Source: Octopus bimaculoides
Lineage: Eukaryota
Reading direction: 5' to 3'
Assembly (NCBI RefSeq): GCF_001194135.2
Contig: NC_068984.1
Span: 40,154,852-40,218,851 of the forward strand
Length of the DNA stretch: 64,000 nt
Part shown: positions 48,476 to 59,905 of the stretch, one piece after another
Layout of the letters: each line of letters starts with the position of its first letter
Numbering within the stretch: position 1 is the first letter of the stretch
Position numbers and translations under genes: made by a program
Notes under the pieces: model-generated
Seen by the model: only the letters and a program-made list of their open reading frames with translations
What the model was told of the DNA's origin: nothing
Database searches by the model: none

Positions 48476-51400
48476 NNNNNNNNNNNNNNNNNNNNNNNNN
48501 NNNNNNNNNNNNNNNNNNNNNNNNNNNNNNNNNNNNNNNNNNNNNNNNNNNNNNNNNNNNNNNNNNNNNNNNNNNNNNNNNNNNNNNNNNNNNNNNNNNN
48601 NNNNNNNNNNNNNNNNNNNNNNNNNNNNNNNNNNNNNNNNNNNNNNNNNNNNNNNNNNNNNNNNNNNNNNNNNNNNNNNNNNNNNNNNNNNNNNNNNNNN
48701 NNNNNNNNNNNNNNNNNNNNNNNNNNNNNNNNNNNNNNNNNNNNNNNNNNNNNNNNNNNNNNNNNNNNNNNNNNNNNNNNNNNNNNNNNNNNNNNNNNNN
48801 NNNNNNNNNNNNNNNNNNNNNNNNNNNNNNNNNNNNNNNNNNNNNNNNNNNNNNNNNNNNNNNNNNNNNNNNNNNNNNNNNNNNNNNNNNNNNNNNNNNN
48901 NNNNNNNNNNNNNNNNNNNNNNNNNNNNNNNNNNNNNNNNNNNNNNNNNNNNNNNNNNNNNNNNNNNNNNNNNNNNNNNNNNNNNNNNNNNNNNNNNNNN
49001 NNNNNNNNNNNNNNNNNATATATATATATATATATATATATAAAATTTTGATATGTGTGTGTATGTATGTATCTATATATATATATATTTGAATTTTATA
49101 CGCACACACTCACACGTATATATTTGGTAGATTAATGTTAATAGAAAACAAAGATTAGCACAGATTGAAGCCTTAGCTTTGAGTAAATAAGACACACACA
49201 AACACCCACCACGTCATTTCACCACAATGGTTAATTAGAAACAAATTTTAAAGAACTTTTGAGAAAACATATATGTTTTATCTGAATGCTTCTAAAGAAA
49301 TGAAGGGTATAGTGTTTCTTGGCAGCAGAAGAAAGTTACAGGTATGGAGCTAAGATTACAGTAGTGTTATCTGAATTAAATAAGTGACGAAAGAAAGATT
49401 ATCTGCCAGTGGGTAAGATCTATTAGATTAGTAACCAATGTGTATGACTGCAGTTGTGAAAAAGAAGAGGAATTTTTGAATGTCTTAGTACTGATTTTCT
49501 TGTATTGATTTCATGCAGTGATAAAAAGTTTGATAAGTGTCTCTGTTTGCTTTACAACAAACCTACATTTATTTGTTATGTTTGTAGCTTTCAGAACAAT
49601 GGAGAATATAAATGGATATACCAAAGAGAATTCTATTTTCTGTTTTATTTTTTATTTTTATTTCCTTATTTGAATGGGTTCAGGCACAACAAACATTTAT
49701 TGCTTGGGCTAAATTGCATGGAACTGGCAAAGTCTTATCTCTAGAGAGATATAAAGAATGAAATAGTTTGAAGACAGATGTAGCTTTAGTTTTCTTGGTT
49801 ATGAAGTGTATACTGGTAATGATGCAGTTGTTGGAGAAGATGTTAAATGCAGATGTAGATGTGATGCAGACCTTCCCTATTCGTGTTGGCATTTTATTTT
49901 CTATTAGATACAAGTTAGATTTAACTATCCAGCCCCCAAATCAACCTTGTTCAAATACATCTTTTTTTAGAGTTAGATGGACAATATTATCTCATGCACT
50001 CTTTTTTTTTTGTTCAAGACAGTAGAGTATTTGAAGGAAATTTGGCTATGATTTCTAGGAAGTTGTTAAATCCTTTAGAGGCTTCATTGTTAGCTCCAAC
50101 AAGTTGAATATTCATTGTGGAGGTGGTTTGCGTATGTTTTCTTTATAATCTAAGAGATAGAGCATTAGATAAAATTACAATAAACTGTAGGAGGATTTTT
50201 CCAGATATGACTAATTGTTGATGTGCATTGTTAAATAAAAGGTATGCTAAATCTACAATGTCATTGTTTCCTTGGTGTAGTTATTTTATTTTCACTTAAA
50301 TTCTTAATGCCTTTGGGAAAATTTCTTAATTGATGGATACGCCTGATTATGAGAAGTCAAGCAAGTGATTCTCTTATGCTTGTGTGAGATAAATAAAATA
50401 TCGATTGATTAGTCTAAACAATGCCAACATGATAAAATAGGCGAGAAAATAGGAATAATGATCATCTTGGTGGAAAAGAGAATGTGTGGAGAGTAAAATT
50501 ATTTGAATGTGATTAATATTTTATTTTTTAATGGGTTTCTTTATGTCTGGAGATAGTTACACAAAGCAGAAGCATAGATATGCAAATTAACCATATTTTT
50601 CTTTTTCTTTTTTTTTCAGAATAGGATATTAGGTGAAGAATACAGTATTTGTGTTGCTATTTAATTGTAAATTATATATATCTGAAAAGATGCTATTATT
50701 TTTTCTTATTTTCCCTTGAGAAATAGACAATATTTGGCAAGAATAGCATTGATTGTTATGAGAATGATGATAGTGGGCTGGTTAAATAAATATTGATTTT
50801 TGTTGATATTATATGTAGCAAATGATTATATTCTTGAGAAATATAGTAGAAGGTATGAATGATGGATATGATAACCAATTAGATTAAAAATACTATGGTT
50901 AAAGTTTTCAGTGACTATGGTCAGTGCATTAAAAAAAAATGACTTGATACACTGACAAAGGATGAGACTTATTCAATTTGAGGACATTAAAATGTGACCT
51001 ATTTTCTTTATAAACATGTTAGAAACAGAACAGCATTGACCAAATTCAAACCACCACCCCTTTGATTACTGAAAGCACATCTTTATTTGTTACAGTTATC
51101 ATAAACCAACCGATAAGTCTTGACTAAATAAATGGAGAATATCTGCTAGGTTTGCTACAGTAGCTTAGCTCAGTGAACTTAAAGCATTATGAAACTCTAA
51201 GGTGCTTCAGATTTTGGGATTTGCTATGAAGCAATACAGTTCTTGACATGAAGTATTTTCAACTGGGAATTGAATTTTGGTTCCTGATAGCGTGAACAAC
51301 AATAGGAATTGAAGATCTTGTTGGAGTTATATATTTGAGAATGTGCAGTAGCAGCAAGGGTGTAGTTGTATTAGCAGCAGCAGTAATAGAAGCAATAGCA

Positions 51401-51520
51401 GTAGTAGTAGAAGTAGCAGCAATTTGACAATTCTGCTAATTTCCACATTTTTATATACAAAAGGCAATAGAAGCAGCAGCAACTTTCTGGAAAGATTATC
51501 TAAACTGTTAGTAAGTAGAC

Positions 51521-52050
51521 GCAGGAGTGGCTGTGTGGTAAGTAGCTTGCTTATCAACCACATGGTTCCGGGTACAGTCCCACTGCGTGGCACCTTGGAC
51601 AGGTGTCTTCTACTTTAGCTTTGGGCCGACCAAAGCCTTGTGAGTGGATTTGGTAGACGGAAACTGAAAGAAGCCCGTCATATGTATGTATATATATATA
51701 TGGTGTTAGGAAGGGCATCCAGCTGTAGAAACTCTGCCAAATTTAGATTGGAGCCTGGTGTTGCCATCCGGTTTCACCAGTCCTCAGTCAAGTCGTCCAA
51801 CCCATGCTACCATGGAAAGCGGACGTATGTGTGTGTGTGTATATATATGTGTGTGTGTGTGTTTATCCCCCAATATCGCTTGACAACCGATGCTGGTGTG
51901 CTTGCATCCCCGTCACTTAGTGGTTCGGTAAAACAGAATGATAGAATAAGAACTAGGCTTACAAATAGTAAGTCCTGGGGTTGATTTCTTTGACTAAAGG
52001 CGGTGCTCCAGCATGGCTGCAGTCAAATGACTGAAACAAGTAAAAGAGTA
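51521..52050 (+). mobile_element. best-preserved tRNA-derived SINE family 1 copy, with a nested RTE-tail fragment at 51701-51826
   Basis: A box tggctgtgtggt (51528), B-box-like ggtacagtccc (51571), CpGs retained, full 3' body. Confidence 0.9.
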
Positions 52051-52339
52051 AGTACTGATTATTTGGTAAATTGATATTTTTTTTTTAGAATTATAGGTAA
52101 TTTGTTTCAAATCTTAATCATACCATTTTGCTGATCTTATACTGTTGAGTAAGATAGCTGTAGTTTGAAACTGACTTGATATTGTACTTAGCACAAAGGG
52201 TTTATTTTAAATATTTGTTTTCTAAAGTATAATCAAATAAAATATGTTAAAGAAGTTCAAGAATTGCTATAAATGTGACAGGCATTACAAGATGGCTTTA
52301 AGTTTCTTTTCGAAAGCTGTGCCTGGGACCATTTTTTGA

Positions 52340-52790
52340 TTATGATTGGAAACATTTTATTCGATGAAGATTTTTGTTTGCTTGTGTATGGAAGAACGGG
52401 CAGTGCTCATGATCTTTGCAGGTCCCCTGACACTTGTGAGCTTGATGCTGTTAATGTGCCATTAAAACTGTTGCAGATCAATATTCGCCAGAAGGACATG
52501 AGTGGGGAAAAGATTCCAGACGGTCTATGTTCTGGAGGGGAAGGATTGGACACAGTAATTAATGTGAGGCCTGGGAGTGGGGTGGTGGTGGTTGGATGCA
52601 GTGATGGTGAAGAGTAGTGGAGAGATGAGTGTGTTGCAGCTGCTTGAGTGGTGTAGGTATGACATCAACTACTTCAAGGCACAGACCATAATAGTAGTAT
52701 TAGGAAAGAAAGAGGACACAGCTCACATGTTAATAATTAAAAACCAATCAGTTAAGTGGCCATTCTCTGGATGGTCAATGATAGAATGCT
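52340..52790 (-). mobile_element. degraded CR1/Jockey-group LINE 3' end
   Basis: minus strand ...QSFPSRT.TVWNLFP...NIDLQQF; DNA similar to 10840-10915. Confidence 0.55.
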
Positions 52791-52924
52791 AGTCAGTTGA
52801 TTGCTGGTGGCGGCTGTAATCTCCATATTCTTTTATTCTTTTATTCTTTTATTTGTTTCAGCCACTTGATTGCGGCCATGCTGGAGCACTCTCTTGAAGG
52901 GAATTATTTTTTTGTGTCTCTGCC

Positions 52925-52964
<40 letters not shown>

Positions 52965-53939
52965 NNNNNNNNNNNNNNNNNNNNNNNNNNNNNNNNNNNN
53001 NNNNNNNNNNNNNNNNNNNNNNNNNNNNNNNNNNNNNNNNNNNNNNNNNNNNNNNNNNNNNNNNNNNNNNNNNNNNNNNNNNNNNNNNNNNNNNNNNNNN
53101 NNNNNNNNNNNNNNNNNNNNNNNNNNNNNNNNNNNNNNNNNNNNNNNNNNNNNNNNNNNNNNNNNNNNNNNNNNNNNNNNNNNNNNNNNNNNNNNNNNNN
53201 NNNNNNNNNNNNNNNNNNNNNNNNNNNNNNNNNNNNNNNNNNNNNNNNNNNNNNNNNNNNNNNNNNNNNNNNNNNNNNNNNNNNNNNNNNNNNNNNNNNN
53301 NNNNNNNNNNNNNNNNNNNNNNNNNNNNNNNNNNNNNNNNNNNNNNNNNNNNNNNNNNNNNNNNNNNNNNNNNNNNNNNNNNNNNNNNNNNNNNNNNNNN
53401 NNNNNNNNNNNNNNNNNNNNNNNNNNNNNNNNNNNNNNNNNNNNNNNNNNNNNNNNNNNNNNNNNNNNNNNNNNNNNNNNNNNNNNNNNNNNNNNNNNNN
53501 NNNNNNNNNNNNNNNNNNNNNNNNNNNNNNNNNNNNNNNNNNNNNNNNNNNNNNNNNNNNNNNNNNNNNNNNNNNNNNNNNNNNNNNNNNNNNNNNNNNN
53601 NNNNNNNNNNNNNNNNNNNNNNNNNNNNNNNNNNNNNNNNNNNNNNNNNNNNNNNNNNNNNNNNNNNNNNNNNNNNNNNNNNNNNNNNNNNNNNNNNNNN
53701 NNNNNNNNNNNNNNNNNNNNNTCTGTATATATATATATATGTGTAAAAGGTTGAAGAGGAACACACGAGTAGATATATATGGGAAAAAGACAAAGTAGAA
53801 AATGCTAAAATACTTTTATAAAGAACATTACAGAACTGGTTTCGATCCTTGAGATCTTTTCAACAGTAAATATGAATAATAAATTTTTGAAAAATTAAAT
53901 TTTGGTAAATTTAAAAGAAAAGTCTTTTTAAAGACATAT

Positions 53940-54042
53940 TTGAGCCTGGTGTAGCCATCTGGTTTCACCAGTTCTCAGTCAAATCGTCCAACCCATGCTA
54001 GCATGGAAAGCGGACGTTAAACGATGATGATGATGATGATGA
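53940..54042 (+). mobile_element. short young RTE 3' tail
   Basis: gagcctggtgtagccatctggtttcacc...ggacgttaaacgatgatgat. Confidence 0.85.
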
Positions 54043-54109
54043 TTTGTATAGTATTCAAATAACAGGGGCATTTTTCTTGTTTCTGCCTGTCTCTGTTTCA
54101 TCTGTTAAC

Positions 54110-54830
54110 TCTTGTGGGTTCGAACCCACACTCTTCGATTAATCTCTCATACTTCCTCTCATTCCGTTGCTCTGCATTAGCGATGTTCTCTTCCCATGGC
54201 ACTGTCACCACTAGCAAAGCTCCAGTTTTTCATTCTGTGTTCCATGGGATTAAGTCTGGTCTTTTTTATGAGTGGAAATATTAACAATCTTTCCAAATTC
54301 ATGGCCAGCTCCCAGTATCCCTTCCATCTTTCATCTGTCTCGTATACTTTTTTTGAAGGCCTGGTCTTATGTTCTTTTCCCTCCTCCTGGAAGTATATCT
54401 TTCCCCACTTTTCCACTTTTGGGTACTCTCCCCTATTATATCCCTTGATCTTCTCCTTGAGTGCTGTGCTTATGACACCAAGGACTTGATTGTGACGCCA
54501 TGTATATCTGTTTAGTGTTAGCCTGTAGTTTGACAAAACATGTCTTACTGTTGCTTTCTCTCCGCATCTACATTCATCAGTCCTTTGTATGTTCCACCGG
54601 ACTAAATTGGCCGATGAAGGCAAAACATCGAAGGTAGACTTGATCAGGGAGGATGTTCTTGCTTGTTCCCAAGCCCAAAGTTCCGTCCATGAGATTCTGC
54701 GACTGACCACATATTCCTCCCATCTCAGGCACTGTCCCTGTTGACTACATTGCACTAAATGTACATTTTGCCCTTCTTTTTCTTCCTTTCTCACTTCATG
54801 TACCACTGCCTCTTTCATCCCTTTTACATT
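54110..54830 (-). mobile_element. HERO-like RLE non-LTR retrotransposon internal fragment (zinc knuckle plus restriction-like endonuclease)
   Basis: ORF 54177..54818 with CRCGEKATVRHVLSNY (CCHC, last C to Y) and RYTWRHNQVL; after a frameshift, RPDLI (54254-54262) and VTVPWEENIANAEQRNERKYERLIEEC. Confidence 0.88.
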
Positions 54831-55800
54831 ATATTCTTCGATGATTGATGTTATAAGTTGTTGCAGTGCAGGTTTTCTATATAGTGCAGTTGTATTCAGA
54901 AGAACCTGTTGGGTCAGATGGCTTACAGTGTTTACACTAAAGTGTACTGCTTTAGAGCAAGTTCAATTTACACTATAGCCAAGCTTATATTTTACTCTCA
55001 GTGAAATAAGTTCTATTAATATATTGCTGCTGCTGCTGTTGCTTCTTTTTTTTGTTTGTTGTTGTTGCTGCTACTACTACTACTACTACTACATTTTCTT
55101 TTCTTTTCTTTATTGTTTCCTTGATCCTCCAACTACAAAATGATTGCTAGTATTATTAGAGAAACAAAACTATAATCAGTAAACTGATCGATAACTTGTT
55201 AGGAATATCCAAAAATCTGAGATCAATGTTTTCATTACTCTGCTATAATGTCATATCAGTCTATTAAATTGTCTATGTAAATAAGCCTTCATCTGTGTAT
55301 TGATCCTCACGTTTCATCTGTTTGGTAAATATTAGTAAATTTCAGTTTATGTGAATGTAAATTGAAATGTTATTCATTCTTTTCTGCTTGAGTTTATGGT
55401 TTTAGTGTTATACAATTCAGCTAAATGATACATGCTTGACTTGTTGGAATCTTCAAAGGATGTTTAATTTGGTTATTGATTATTAATTTTAATGTACTGT
55501 AGCTAAGCACCATAGAATTAGAAAGATAAGCTTTTGGAAAACCAAGTTTGTGTGATTTGGTTTTGGTTTCTAGTTGAAACTATACGACTCCCCTTGCAAC
55601 ATCAATACTCTTTGGAAAGAAATGAATGTCACACCATACCATTACAATTTCTTTGCAAATCTGGGATCTTGTGCCAAGTGAAAAGGAAGTCAATTTTAAT
55701 GTTATCAAACTTGGTTTTCTAAATCTAAATGCACACTCTTCTAACTTGAAAGATTTTAAAATTAGCTAGCTGAAACAGGTTAAACTAAATACATGTATAA

Positions 55801-56496
55801 TATTGATTTCAAAGAGAAAAACAACTTGTTTTAAATCTCTGAGTGAGAAATATGCAGTAACAGTACCAAATAGTAAAGTTTATTTGCGAACATAATGAGG
55901 CAGTCCTATATTAGAATGATGTTACTGTCTTTTAGCCCCAGGAAAGCATCTTTTCCAGTTGGCTACTGGCACACAGACTGTGCCCATATAGTCTATGCAA
56001 GGTAGGTCATCACTCCCATCTTTAGTTTTACATGATTCTCACAGACCTAGGTTTCTGGGTGGTTACCTTTTCTCAGTGTGAGTTAATCACCAGTTAGTGA
56101 TGAAGGCTCCCTCCACTTGCAAATACTATATATTTTTCAAGTGACACAGCTGCCGATCTTGTAAAGAGAAAAACAACTTGTTTTAAATCTCTGAGCAAGA
56201 GATATGCAGTAACAGTACTGAATAGTAAAGTTTATTTGCCAACATAATGTGGCAGTCCTATATAAGGACGATGTTACTGTCTTTTAAGCCTCAGGAAAAT
56301 ATCTTTTCCAGTTGGCTACTGGCATACAAGTTAGAGATGGGAGTGATGACCTCCCTTGCATATACTATACGGGCATAGACTGTGTGCTGGTAGCCAACTG
56401 GAAAAGATGTTTTCTTGGGGCTGAAAGACAGTAGCATCATCCTTATATAGGACTGCCACATTATGTTGGCAAATAAACTTTACTATTGATTTCAAA
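55801..56496. repeat. 670-bp insertion with internal direct and inverted repeats, flanked by a 13-bp direct repeat TATTGATTTCAAA
   Basis: direct repeat at 55801-55813 and 56484-56496; tandem period 352 (55811 and 56163); 55869-56021 is inverted at 56335-56487. Confidence 0.85.
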
Positions 56497-56524
56497 TTTA
56501 TACATGTATAACATTGGTTTCAAA

Positions 56525-56720
56525 TTTAGGCACAAAGCCAGTAATTTCTGGGGTTTGGAGTTAGTGGATTACATTGTTCACAGGTATTTATTTTATTGAC
56601 TCCTGAAAGGATGAAAGACGAAGTCAACCTCAGCAGAATTTGAACTCAGAACATAAAGACAGACAAAATGCTGCTAAACATTTTGCCGAGCATGGTAACA
56701 ATTCTGCCAGTTTGCTACCT
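56525..56720 (-). mobile_element. tRNA-derived SINE family 2
   Basis: reverse complement matches family 2. Confidence 0.8.
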
Positions 56721-56969
56721 TAAATACATTTATAATATCAATCATTCCCTGGCCATATTTATAAAGAAATCTGTAAGTTTCTACAAATTCTTCAAGTCTA
56801 TAAGTTTCAATTAATTTTAAAACAATCAAGGATTTGGATTGGTTTAGTAAAATAAGTAACTTTTGTCAAAAAGGTCAACTAAACTCTGAAAAAAGTAGTC
56901 ATTAAATCTTTTACATATTGGTAATTGTCTTGGTTTTCATTATATATAGTTTAGAAGTTTGTATAGGTA

Positions 56970-57127
56970 CAGATGTGGCTGTGAAGAAAGAAGCTTGCTT
57001 CCCAACCTCATGGTTCTGGGTTCAATCCCTCTGTGTGGCACCTCGGACAAGTGCCTTCTACTATAGCCTTGGGCCAACTAAAGCCTTGTGAGTGGATTTG
57101 GAAGATGGAAATTGAAAGAAGCCTGTC

Positions 57128-57135
<8 letters not shown>
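56970..57135 (+). mobile_element. 5' half of SINE family 1; a matching 3' half lies at 58320-58562
   Basis: head tggctgtg...gggttcaatccc...gaaagaagcctgtcg then (TA)n; the body resumes after the Penelope-like block. Confidence 0.7.
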
Positions 57136-57165
<30 letters not shown>

Positions 57166-57789
57166 AAAATCTTCTCTTTTCCTTCCCTTTGCACCACATG
57201 AGCTCAACTCACTGCCTATCTTCATCTGACACCAACCTCACCTCCTCTCTTCATTTGACACAAAGCCCACACCACTCCACGCACACTAACACTGACCACT
57301 TCTCAGCACCCACACCACATACCTTCATCCACACACTCACACTCTTCAATAGTGTCACCACACATACCACTATATGAGCATCCACACACACTATTTAACT
57401 CAGTACACACACCACACACCCTCTCCCACATCCACACAAGTACATAATACTCGAACACAGACAATATATGCATATGCAACACACATTAACACATGCAACA
57501 TACAAAACCAAAGATAACTTTCGCCCACATACATACACCATATGCATGCACAGTTTGGTCAGACACACACACACACATGCGAAAAGGCACACATCAACTG
57601 TTACACACAACACACACACACACGCATGTGTTACACACATGCACTCACACATGTCATAGACACTCGCCCTTATTCCACACATACACACACACTCACCCAT
57701 GTCAGAGTCCCTTGCCCCTATTTCACACATACACACACACTCACACACCACTCTCACATACATACACATGCACATGAACGTTCTCTTAT

Positions 57790-58320
57790 TGGGATCACTA
57801 GCACTATTATTATCTCCCTTTCATTCAACCTCTTTTTTTATTATTATCTCCCTTTCTTTCAACCACTTTATTTGCAATCATTCACCATGTTTGATTGCTG
57901 AACTCCACACGTTTTTTTATTCTCTCTTTGTTTATTTTCTCTTATTCCTTTCTGTTGAAGAGCATAGGCTCAAAACGTAAAAGACTTTCATTTTTCCTGA
58001 GCGTCAAACTAATACACTTGTTTGTTGTTCATACACCTGTCTTCATCTTTTGTTTTTGTATAAATTTGAACTATCTCCCCTTCTTCCTAGCTCTCCTGTG
58101 TGACCCCTCTGTCCAGCATTCGCCATGATAGATCACTAGCCACTATACCTTTTTCTATTTTCTCTCCCTGTTTATTTCTGTGTTCCTTTCTGTCGAAGAG
58201 TGTAGGCTCGAAACGTAAAAGACTTTCTCACATCCTGAGTGTTAAACTAATACATCTGTTTGTTGTTTACACATCCTTCTTCGGCTTTTGTTTTTTTTTT
58301 AATTCTCACTATATATTTAT
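57790..58320 (+). mobile_element. tandem pair of Penelope-like / retrozyme-like repeats, each with a mutated hammerhead motif (57948-57983, 58186-58221)
   Basis: 238-nt spacing; CTTT-CTGTTGA-A-GAGC-ATAG-GCTC-AAAAC-GTA-AAAG and CTTT-CTGTCGA-A-GAGT-GTAG-GCTC-GAAAC-GTA-AAAG. Confidence 0.7.
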
Positions 58321-59065
58321 GTGTGTGTGTGTGTGTGTGTGTGTGTATCTGTGTTTGTCTTTCTGCCATAGCTTGACAACTGATGCTGGTGTGTTTATGT
58401 CGCAGTAACTTAGCAGTTTGGCAATAAAAAAAAAAACCCCAATAGAATAAGTACTAGGCTTACAAAGAACACGTCCTGGTCTCAATTTCTTTGACTAAAA
58501 CCCTTTAAGGTGGTGCTCCAGCATGGCCGCAGTCAAATGACTGAAATGAGTAAAAGAATATAAGAAAATAATAATTCTAGTAAATGGTCATTACAAATTA
58601 TAGTGTAATTTTAAACAGCTCTAATACTATGGCAGGTTCTATAATGTATGAGGACAACAGTAGCATCTTGCATCCATTTGATTTTTGCTTTTTCAATATG
58701 TAGCTTTTTGTAGATAGTCTTCTATGCTGGATTGTCAATTTGAGATTTTGCAGCTGCAGTCATCCATTCATTGTGTCTGATGCTGAAGGCATTTAGGTCA
58801 GTTTCCAGGAAATCTTTGTAATGGGATGTTAGATACCAGTGACTGTATTGTGTGAAACCAATTAGTAGTAATGTATGTTGTTTGGTTGGTTTCTATTGCA
58901 GAGAACAGTGCAATGACAAATTATAACATTAATAAATTACAATGCATTGCTGTGATATATTACAAATATCTTGTATCTTGTAATTATTTCAGTCATTAGA
59001 CTGTGGCCATGCTAGGCCACCATAAAATATTTTGTATGCAACCTTATATTTCATTTATTTTTATT

Positions 59066-59110
<45 letters not shown>

Positions 59111-59577
59111 TGTGAATTTGCTATCATTTCTTTTTTCATCCTTTTCTTAATTCTTTTACTTTTCTTTGGTAAAGAGGGTAACCATAGATCTGTTTCTTTG
59201 TCTTTTCATTTGGCGTATTTATTTCTACTGTATACACTCTTTGGTGTTTGTCCCTTCAGTTTGTTTTTCTAAATTTTTCTCATCATAAGCTTTACTTGCC
59301 CTACCTCATATATTGTTATATTATTATTATTTATGTGTTTATCTCCTCATTATCTAGTAATCATCCTGATTTTACTTGCAATTTTTTTCTGTTCATCCAC
59401 CTGTCTATCCATAATGTTTCCATTTACCACAACATACAATGTTGGTTAAGAATCTATAGATATGCTCCATAGTGCATTTTAGTAACAGAATAAAATACTG
59501 TTAACACATCAGTAACTTAATATTTGAACTAGTTGCCAGGAAGATGTCAGGTACACAAATTCATATATTCAATTTAG

Positions 59578-59905
59578 TGGCACTCTGTTGACTACGATGA
59601 TGAGGGTTCCAGTTAATATGATCAACGGAACAACCTGCTCATGAAATTAGCATGCAAGTGGCTGAGCACTCCACAGACACATGTACCCTTAATGTAAATC
59701 TCAGGGAGATTCAGCATGATACAGAATGTGACAAGGCTGGCCCTTTGAAATACCGGTACTATTCATTTTTGCCAGCTGAGTGAATTGGAACAACATGAAA
59801 ATAAAGTGTCTTGCTCAAGGTCACAACACGCTGCCAGGAATTGAACTCACGACCTTACGATCATGAGCTGAATACCCTAACCACTAAGCCACATGCCTTC
59901 ACATT
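59578..59905 (-). mobile_element. tRNA-derived SINE family 4
   Basis: reverse complement of 28840-29158. Confidence 0.85.
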
